Shown: positions 57,148-64,000 of the stretch, in pieces
How positions within the stretch are numbered: position 1 is the stretch's first letter
How the letters are laid out: each line of letters begins with the position of its first letter
Source: the human T2T-CHM13v2.0 reference genome, Homo sapiens
Reading direction: 5' to 3' (one strand)
Assembly (NCBI RefSeq): GCF_009914755.1
Contig: NC_060934.1
DNA length: 64,000 bases
The notes under the pieces: generated by a model
The model's input: only the letters and a program-made list of their open reading frames with translations
Told to the model about the DNA's origin: nothing
The model's database searches: none
Made by a program: the position numbers and the translations under genes

Positions 57148-59294
57148 CAACCCGAGTGGAGTGGAATAGAATGGGATGGAAATAAATGGAATGGAATGGA
57201 ATGGAATGGAACGGAACTGAATGCAATGAACCCGAGTGGAATGGAATGGAATGGAATGGAATAAACACGAATGGAATGGAATGGAATGGAATGGAATGGA
57301 ATGGAATGCAATCAACTCGAGTGGAATGAAATGTAACGTCATGGAATGGAATGGAATGGAATGGAATGGAATGGAATGGAATGGAATCAACCCGACTGGA
57401 ATGGAATGGAATGCAATCATCCCTAGTGGAATGGAATGGAATGGAATGGAATACCATGGAATGGAATGGAATGGAAGGCATTGGAATCAACTGCAATGGA
57501 ATGGAGATAATGAATTGAAAAGAAATGGAATGGAATGGAATGGAATGGAATCAACCCCAGTGGAATGGAGTGGAATGGAATGGAGTATAATGGAAAGAAA
57601 GGAATCAATCTGGGTGGAATGGAATGGAATGGAATGGAGTGGAATGGAATGGAATGGAATGGAACGGAATGGAATGGAATCAACCCGAATGGAATGAAAT
57701 GGAATGGAATGGAAAGGAATGGAAAGGAATGGAAAGGAATGGAATGGAATGGAATCAAACCGAATGGACTGGAATGGAATGGAATGGAATGGAATCAACT
57801 CAATTCGAATGGAAAAGAATGGAATGGAACGGAAAGGAATGTAATGGAATGGAATGGAATCAACCCACGTGGAATGGAATGTAATGGAATGCAATGGAAT
57901 CAACCCAAGTGAATGGAATGGAAATGAATGGAATGGAATGGAAAGGAATGGAATGGAATCTACCCGAGTGGAATGGAATGGAATGAAATGGAGTGGAATG
58001 GAAAGGAATTGAGTGGAATGGAATGTAATGGAATCAACCCGAGTGGAATGGAATGGAATGGAATGGAATGGAAAGGAATGGAATAAATACGAGTGGAATG
58101 GAATGGAATGGAATGGAATGGAATAGAATGGAATGGAATCAACCCGAGTGGAAAGGAATGGAATGGAAAGGAATGGAATGGAATGGAAAGGAATGGAATG
58201 CAATGGAATGCACGGGTATGGAAGGGAGTCAATCCGAGTGGAATGGAATGGAATGGAATTGAATGCAATGGAATGGAATGGAATGCAATGGAATGGAGTG
58301 GAATGGAATAAACACCAGTGGAATGGAATGGAATGGAATGGAATGGAATGGAATGGAATGGAATGGAAAGGACAGGAATGGAATGGAAAGGAATGGAATG
58401 GAATGGAATGGACTAGAGTGGAATGGAATTAAATGAAATCAACCCGATTGGAATGGAAAGGAATGGAATCAACTGGAAAGGAATCAAATGGAATGGAATG
58501 GAATGGAAGGGAATGGAACGGAATCAACACGACTGGAATGCAATGGAATGGAATGCAATGGAATGGAATGGAATGGAATGGAATGGAATGGAATGGAATG
58601 GAATGCAATGGAAAGGAATGGAATGAACTGGAATGGAATGGAATGGAATGGAATTTAATGGAATGGAATGGAATCAACGCGAGTGGAGTCGAATGGAATT
58701 GAAAGAAAATTAATAGAATGGAATGGAATGGAATGGAATGGAATGCAATGGAATGGAATAGAATGAACCCGAGTGGAATGGAATGGAATGGAAAGGCACG
58801 GAATGGAATGGAACGGAATGCAATGGAATCAACCTGAGTGGAATGGAATGGAATGGAATCAACCCGAATGGAGTGGAATGCAATGGAATGGAAAGGAGTG
58901 GAAGGCATTAGAATCAACTGCAATGGAATGGAATAGAATGGAATGGCATGGAATGCAATCAACCCCAGTGGAATGGAATGCATTACAATGGAATGGAAAG
59001 GAATCAATCCGGGTGGAATGGAATGGGATGGAATGTATTACAATGGAATGGAATGGAATGGAATCAATCCGGGTGGAATGGAATAGAATGGAAAGGAATG
59101 GAATGGAATGGAATGGAATGGAATCAACCTGAATGGAACGGAAGGGAATGGAGTAGAAAAGAATAGAAATGAATGGAATGCAAAGGGATCAACCCGAATG
59201 GACAGGAATGGAATGTCATGGAATGGAATGGAATGGAATGGAATGGAATGGAATGGAATGGCATGGAATGGAATGGAATGGAATGCTACGGAAT

Positions 59295-59494
59295 CAACCT
59301 GAGTGGAATGGAAATAAATGGACTGGAACGGTATGGAATGGAATGGATTAGAATGGAATCAACCACAGTGGAATGGAATGGAATGGAATGGAATCAACCT
59401 GAGTGGAATGTAAATAAATGGACTGGAACGGTATGGAATGGAATGGAATAGAATGGAATCAACCACAGTGGAATGGAATGGAATGGAATGGAAT
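59295..59494 (+). repeat. 100-bp tandem duplication
   Basis: CAACCTGAGT...AAATAAATGGACTGGAACGGTATGG...CAACCACAGT starts at 59295 and again at 59395. Confidence 0.9.
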
Positions 59495-62400
59495 CAACCA
59501 AAGTGGAATGGAATTGAACGGAATGCAAAGGAATCAAACCGAGTGGAATGGAATGGAATCAACCAAAGTGTAATGGAATAGAATGGATGCAAAGGAATCA
59601 AACCAGTGGAATGGAATGGAAAGGAATGGAATGGAATGGCATGGAATGGAAAGGAATGGAATGGAATCAACATGACTGGCATGGAATGGAATGGAAAGGA
59701 ATGGAATGGAATGGAATGGAATGGAATGGTATGGAATCAGCCCGAGTGGAAAGGAATGGAATGGAATGGAATGGAATGAAATGGAATGGAATGGAATGAA
59801 ATGGAATGGAATGGAATGGAACGGAATCAGCCCGAGAGGAATGGAATGGAATGAAATGGAATGGAATGGAATCAACGAGAGTGGAAAGGAATAGAATGGA
59901 ATGGATTGGAATGGAATGGAAGGCAGTGGAAACAGCAGGAACGGAATTTAATGAAATGGAATGGAATGGAATGGAACGGAATCAACCTGAGTGGAATGGA
60001 ATGGAATGCAATGGAATGGAATGGAATGGAATGGAATCAACCCTAGTGGAATGGAATGGAATGGAATGGAATGGAATGGAATGGAATGGAACGGAATGGA
60101 ATGCAATGGAATCAACTGGAATGGAATGGAATGGAATGGAATGGAATGGAATGGAATGGAATCAACCTGAGTGGAATGGAATGGAATGGAATGGAATGGA
60201 ATGGAATGGAATTCAACGGAATGGAAACAACCCGAGTGAAATGGCATGGAATGGAACGGACTTGAATGTAATGGAAAGGAGTGGAATCAACCCGATTAGA
60301 AAGCAATGGAAAGGAATGGAATGGAATGGAATGGAATGGAATGGAAGGGAATGGAATGCAATGGAATGGAAAGGAATAGAATGGAGTGGAATCAACTGGA
60401 ATGGAATGGAATGGAATGGAAGCAACAAGAAGTGGCATGGAATGGAATGGATTGGAATGGAATCGAATCAACTGGAATGCTATGGAATGAAATCAAGCCG
60501 AGTGGAATGGAATGGAATGCAATCGAATGGAATGGAATCAACCCGAGTGGAGTGGAATAAAATGGAATGGAATGGAATGGACTCAACCCGAGTGGAAAGG
60601 AATGGAATGGGATGGAATGGAATTGAATGGAATGGAATGGAATGGAATGGAATGGAATTAACCCGAGTGGAATGAATGGAAAGGAATGGAATGGAATCGA
60701 ATGGAATGGAATGGAATGGAGTGAAATGGAATTGAATGGAATCAACAAGATTGGAATGGAATGAATGTAATGGAAAGGAATAGAAAGTAATGGAATGGAA
60801 TGGAATGGAATCAACCCGAATGGAAGGGAATGGAATTGAATGGAATGGAATGGATTGGAATCCACCCATGTGGAATGGAATGGAATGGAATGGAATGGAA
60901 TGGAATGGAATGGAGTAGAATGTAAAGGAATGGTATGGAAAGGAATGGAATGGAATGGAATGGAATGGAATGCAATTTAATTAAATGGAATGGAATCAAC
61001 CAGAGTGGAATGGACTGGAATGGATTGGAATGGAAAGGAATGGAGTGGAATCAACCCGAGTGAAATGGAATGGAATGGGATGGAATGGAATGGAATGGAA
61101 AGGACAGGAATCAACCCGAGTGGAATGGAATGGAATGGAATGCAATGGAATGGAATGGAATGGAATCAACCCAAGCGGAATGGACTGGAATGGAATGGAA
61201 TACAATGGAATGGAATGGAATGGAATGGAATCAGCTGCAGTGGAATGGAATGGAATGGGATGGAATGGAATGGACAGGAATAGAATGGAATGGAATATAA
61301 CGGAGTGGAATCAACACGAGTGGAATGGAATGGAATCAAATTGAATGGAATGGAAGGAAAGGAATGCAATGGAATGGAATCAACCTCAGTGGAACAGAAA
61401 GGAATGTAATGAAATGGAATGGAATAGAATGGAATGGAATGCAATGGAATGGAATGGAATGGAGTGGAATGGAATGGGTTGGAATGGGATGGAATCAACC
61501 CGAGTGGAACGGACTGGAATGGAGTGGAATGGAATGGAACGGCATGGAATGATATGGAATCAAATAGAATGGAATGGAATGGGATGGATTGGAATGGAAT
61601 CGAACGGAATCAACCTGAGTGGAATGGAATGGAATGGAAAGGAATGGAATGAATGGAAAGGAATGGAATGGAAACTAATGGAATGGAATGGAAAGGAAAC
61701 AACCCGAGTGGAACGGAATGCAATGGAATGCAATGGAATGGAATTGAATTCAATGTAATGGAAACAAACTGAGTGGAATGTAATGTAATGGAAAGGACTG
61801 GAATGTAATGGACTGCATTGGAATCAACCCAATTGCAATGCAATGGAATGGAATGGAATGGAATGGAATGGAATGGAATGGAATGGAATGGAATGGAATG
61901 GATTGGAATGGAATGGAATGGAACGGAATGGAATGGAATGGAAGGGAATGGAACGGAATGGAAAGGAATGGAATGAACTGGAATGGAATGGAAAGGAATG
62001 GAATGAACTGGAATGGAATGGAATGCAATTTAATGGAATGAAATGGAATGGAATCAACCCGAGTGGAGTGGAATGGAATGGAATGGAAATGAATGGAATG
62101 GAATGGAATGGAATGGAAACTAATGGAATGGAATGCAAACAACCCGAGTGGAATGGAATGCAATGGAATGGAATGGAATGGAATGGAATGGAATGGAATT
62201 CAACGGAATGGAAACACCGCGAGTGAAATGGCATGGAATGGAAAGGACTTGAATGTAATGGAATGGATTGGAATCAACCCGATTAGAAAGCAATGGAATG
62301 GAATGGAATGGAAAGGAATGGAAGGGAATGGAATGGAATGGAAAGGAAAGGAATGGAATGGATGGGATTGGAATGGAATGGAATGGATTAGAATGGAATG

Positions 62401-64000
62401 GAATGGAATGAAATCAACCCGATTGGAATGGAATGGAATGCAATGTAATGGAATGGAATCAACTGGAAAGGATTGAAATGGAATGGAATGGAATGGAACG
62501 GAATCAACCCGAGTGGAATGCAATGGAATGGAATGGAATGGAATGGAATGAAATGAAATAAACCCGGGTGGAATGGATTGGAATGGAGTGGAATGGAATG
62601 GAATGGCATGGAATGCAACGGAATCAACTGGAATGGTATGGAATGGAATGGAATGGAATGGAATGGAATGGAATGGAATCAAACGGAATCAACCTGAGTG
62701 GAATGGAAAGGAATGGAATGGAATGAATGGAATGGAAACTAATGGAATGGAATGGAAAGGAAACAACCCGAGTGGAATAGAAAGCAATGGAATGCAATGG
62801 AATGGAATGGAATGGAATGGAATGGAATTTGATATAATGGAAAAAAAACCGACTGGAATGCAATGGAATGGAAAGGACTGCAATGTAATGGAATGGATCG
62901 GAATCAACCCGATTCCAATGCAACGGAATTGAATGGAATGGAAACGAATGCAATGAACTGGAATGGAACGGAATGGAATGGAAATGAATGGAATGGAATG
63001 GAATGGAATGGAATGGAATGGAACGGAATGCAATGGAATGGAACAGAACGGAATGAACCCGAGTGGAATGGAATGGAATGGAATGGAATGGAATGGAAAG
63101 GAACGGAATAGAATGGAATGGAATGGAATGGAATGAACACGAGTGGAATGCAAAGGAATTTAATGGATTGGAACGGAATGGAATGGAATCAACCCGAGTG
63201 GAATAGAATGGAATGGAATGGAGTGGAATGGAATGGAATGGGACGGAATGGAATGGAATGGCATGGAATAGAATGGAACGGAACGGAAAGGAACGGAATG
63301 GAATGGAATGGAATGGTATCAACCTGAATGAAATGGAATGAAATGGAATGAAATGGAATGGAATCAACCAGAGTGGAATGCAACGGAATGGAATGGAATG
63401 GAATGGAATGGAATGAAATCAACCCGAGTGGAATGGATAGGAATAGAGAGGAATTGAATGGAACGGCATGGAATTCAATGGAATCAACTAGAATGGAATG
63501 TAATATAATGGAATGGAATGGAATGGAATAGAATCAACCCGAGTGAAATGGAATGGAAGGGAATGGAATGGAAAGGAATGGAAAGCAATGGATTGGAATC
63601 AAACAAATGGAATGGAATGGAATGGAATGGAATGGAAGAGAATGGATTCAATTCGAGTGCAATGTAATGGTATAGAAAGAAATGGAATGGAATGGAATGG
63701 AATGGAATCAACCAGAGTGCAATGGAATGGAAAGAAATTGAAATGAATCGAATGGAATGGAATGGAATGGAATGGAACGGCATGGAATGGAATGGAATGG
63801 AGTGGAATCAACACGAGTGGAATGGAATGGAATGGAATCTAACGGCATGGAATGGAATGGAATGGACTGAAATCAACCCGAGTGGAATGGAATGGAATGG
63901 AATGGACTGGAATGCAATGGAATGGAATGGAATCAACCCGAGTGGAATGAAATGGAATGGAATGGAGTGGAAAGGAATACAATGGAATGGAATGGAATGG

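Larger units (their letters stand above)
43862..58400 (+). repeat. Distinct HSat3 sub-domain built from a diverged ~2.5 kb module (43862-~46480; partial ~48.2-49.8 kb; 49811-52343; partial 52344-~53950; partial ~57.15-58.4 kb)
   Basis: Markers seen only here: GAAATGTAACGTCATGG (44931, 46274, 46329, 49636, 50841, 52204, 53297, 57328), AATGCACGGGTATGG (4 copies), CAACCCACGTGG (3 copies), GTTATGGACAGG (43862, 49811, 52344). Confidence 0.8.
1..64000 (+). repeat. Satellite III (HSat3) pericentromeric-type array: (GGAAT)n with interspersed CAACCCGA(G/T)T decamers; purine-rich strand is +
   Basis: GGAAT pentamers dominate every line. The decamer CAACCCGAGT/CAACCCGATT (reverse ACTCGGGTTG) recurs throughout, e.g. 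at 102, 710, 15201 and 36498. Pentamer plus this decamer is the classical primate satellite III signature. I saw no unique sequence and no ATTCC-orientation block. Confidence 0.98.

Noticed and set aside
5-63814. Hundreds of ORFs (MEWNG / IPFHS repeats), longest 487 aa at 24392-25855 (-)
   Set aside because: Pure GGAAT/ATTCC repeat has no stop codon in any frame. The ORFs overlap in all six frames, have no domain content and change frame with pentamer count between near-identical copies. They are not called as CDS.
1-64000. Recurrent CAACCCGAGT with variable intervening sequence, superficially CRISPR-like
   Set aside because: The repeat is only 10 bp and irregularly spaced, the intervening sequence is GGAAT repeat rather than unique spacers, and there are no cas genes. 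It is the known Sat III decamer.
1-64000. Satellite II (HSat2) or alpha-satellite assignment
   Set aside because: There is no regular CATTCGATTC/GATGAT-type 23-26 bp HSat2 unit, and no 171-bp monomer or CENP-B box.
1-64000. SCA31-type pathogenic (TGGAA)n insertion or telomeric repeat
   Set aside because: The array is at least 64 kb, diverged and decamer-punctuated with no unique flanks. I saw no TAAAA/TAGAA tracts and no TTAGGG repeats.
1-64000. G-quadruplex potential or an internal inversion
   Set aside because: G-runs are almost all GG, and (GGAAT)n is known to favour G-A mismatch hairpins. No block of ATTCC repeats occurs on +, so there is no inversion breakpoint in this window.

Overview
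The whole 64 kb is one uninterrupted, single-orientation array of classical human/great-ape satellite III (HSat3). It consists of (GGAAT)n pentamers on the + strand, punctuated by the diagnostic decamer CAACCCGAGT/CAACCCGATT and its variants. I see no genes, RNA genes, transposon insertions, CRISPR array or strand inversion. Every ORF in the track is the reading of a stop-poor 5-bp repeat (MEWNG on +, IPFHS on -). The informative content is the higher-order structure: a ~4.5-4.8 kb tandem duplication (3.6-13.0 kb), an overlapping near-identical ~5.0 kb unit in three copies (10.2-25.25 kb), an older ~3.6 kb duplication, a ~4.2 kb duplication (32.3-40.7 kb), and a more diverged domain with its own marker motifs after ~43.9 kb. 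Two observations stand out. The amplified 5-kb unit carries a derived perfect heat-shock element and a perfect AP-1 site 355 bp apart within a background of TEAD motifs. Its middle copy looks like an unequal-crossover hybrid of the two outer copies. All comparisons were made by eye, so boundaries are approximate (tens of bp). Chromosome and subfamily cannot be assigned from this window.
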